From a virus (taxonomy: Duplodnaviria > Caudoviricetes), in IMG/VR virus record IMGVR_UViG_3300027813_000082, positions 1-24,925 of that record: DNA of 24,925 nucleotides; one strand, given 5' to 3'. A program made the translations under genes and the position numbers. Numbering within the stretch: position 1 is the first letter of the stretch; every line of letters begins with the position of its first letter. This document shows positions 24,192 through 24,925 of the stretch, in pieces. A model generated the notes under the pieces. It searched no databases, was not told where the DNA came from, and was given only the letters and a program-made list of their open reading frames with translations.

Positions 24192-24925
24192 TTATATACC
24201 CGCTAATTTACGGATATTTGTTAAGTCAGCATCTTCCCTTTGTGCTCTGTTTCCGCCGCTTTCAGAAAGTACTTTCGTAGTTTCTTTAACTGCTTTATCA
24301 GCCATCACGTGTGGTAGATACTTGTTAAATGAAGCTTCAAGTTTAGCTGTTGAAACTGATTCCAACAATTGACTCATTACTTCACTCTTTTCGTTGCCCA
24401 ATGGTTTGAGCATCTCAGCCATCTTTTCCTTACGTTCCATCAAGTCTGCTTGTCTTTTGGACTCAGCATTTTTCGACTCAATCACCGCTTTCTTTTCTTC
24501 GATGACTTTCTCAGCATCTGCTAGTTTTAGAGTAGCTTCGTCAACTACTTTCATCAACTTGCTAGTCTCAGATTTCTCATTTAAGTAAGAATTCTGATAT
24601 TCACTTGCAAACGCTTCGAATATTTTCTTACCAAAGTTGATTTCTCTTGCCGCACTAATGTCTTCCTTAAGAGATTTTAACTCTTCAGCAAGTTTTGTGT
24701 TTACAGCATTTTCTACAACTTTAGCAGATCTTGTTATGAAAGCTTCTTTCATCTTAGCCATTTGTTTTTTGGCCTCGGCTACTAGTTTAACTTTCGTTTC
24801 CACAACGCCTTTTTTGTCTTCATGGAACTCTTTAATTTCTTTTGCAAGAGCACCAACAACGAATTCTTCCATCTTCTTGAAGTTTTCGTGAACACCTTTT
24901 CTGTCGCCGTGTAGTTCTTTTAACT
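24192..24925 (-). CDS. Prohead core scaffold protein (T4 gp22-like), 3' part; starts outside the window
   Basis: Glu/Lys-rich coiled coil immediately upstream of the MCP, with FGKKIFEAF..E motif and C-terminal IRKLAGI. The frame stays open to the window edge (LKELHGDRKGVHENFKKMEEF). Confidence 0.88.
   Translation of the reverse strand, partial: LKELHGDRKGVHENFKKMEEFVVGALAKEIKEFHEDKKGVVETKVKLVAEAKKQMAKMKEAFITRSAKVVENAVNTKLAEELKSLKEDISAAREINFGKKIFEAFASEYQNSYLNEKSETSKLMKVVDEATLKLADAEKVIEEKKAVIESKNAESKRQADLMERKEKMAEMLKPLGNEKSEVMSQLLESVSTAKLEASFNKYLPHVMADKAVKETTKVLSESGGNRAQREDADLTNIRKLAGI

Noticed and set aside
1-24925. Stop-codon reassignment, introns or inteins
   Set aside because: Core genes translate intact under the standard code, TAG and TAA act as real stops, and the genes tile the window tightly.
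1-24925. CRISPR array, tRNA or rRNA genes
   Set aside because: No regularly spaced direct repeats or canonical RNA-gene motifs; intergenic gaps are short and explained by promoters, leaders and terminators.

Overview
The window is the virion morphogenesis region of a large, AT-rich T4-superfamily myophage, probably a jumbo or environmental lineage. It runs from the 5' part of the tail sheath gene (left edge) through the neck and tail-completion genes (gp13/gp14/gp15-like), then about 16 kb of paralogous modular fibre/structural genes, to the major capsid protein (gp23-like) and the 3' part of the scaffold gene (gp22-like, right edge). Interspersed are a dNMP kinase, a Nudix hydrolase, a degenerate HNH zinc-finger protein, a degenerate Maf/glycosyltransferase-like protein and small membrane proteins. 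The regulatory layout is readable from the sequence: 14 intergenic T4-type late promoter cores (TAAATA, four divergent pairs, many leaderless), two sigma70-type leaderless promoters, and several intrinsic terminators, one with a late promoter inside its hairpin. The best candidate for an undescribed element is a roughly 100-nt cloverleaf (four-way junction) 5' leader RNA at 22337-22446 with alternative pairings around the Shine-Dalgarno site. A second structured leader lies at 9873-9962. All family calls come from motif recognition by eye; no searches were run.
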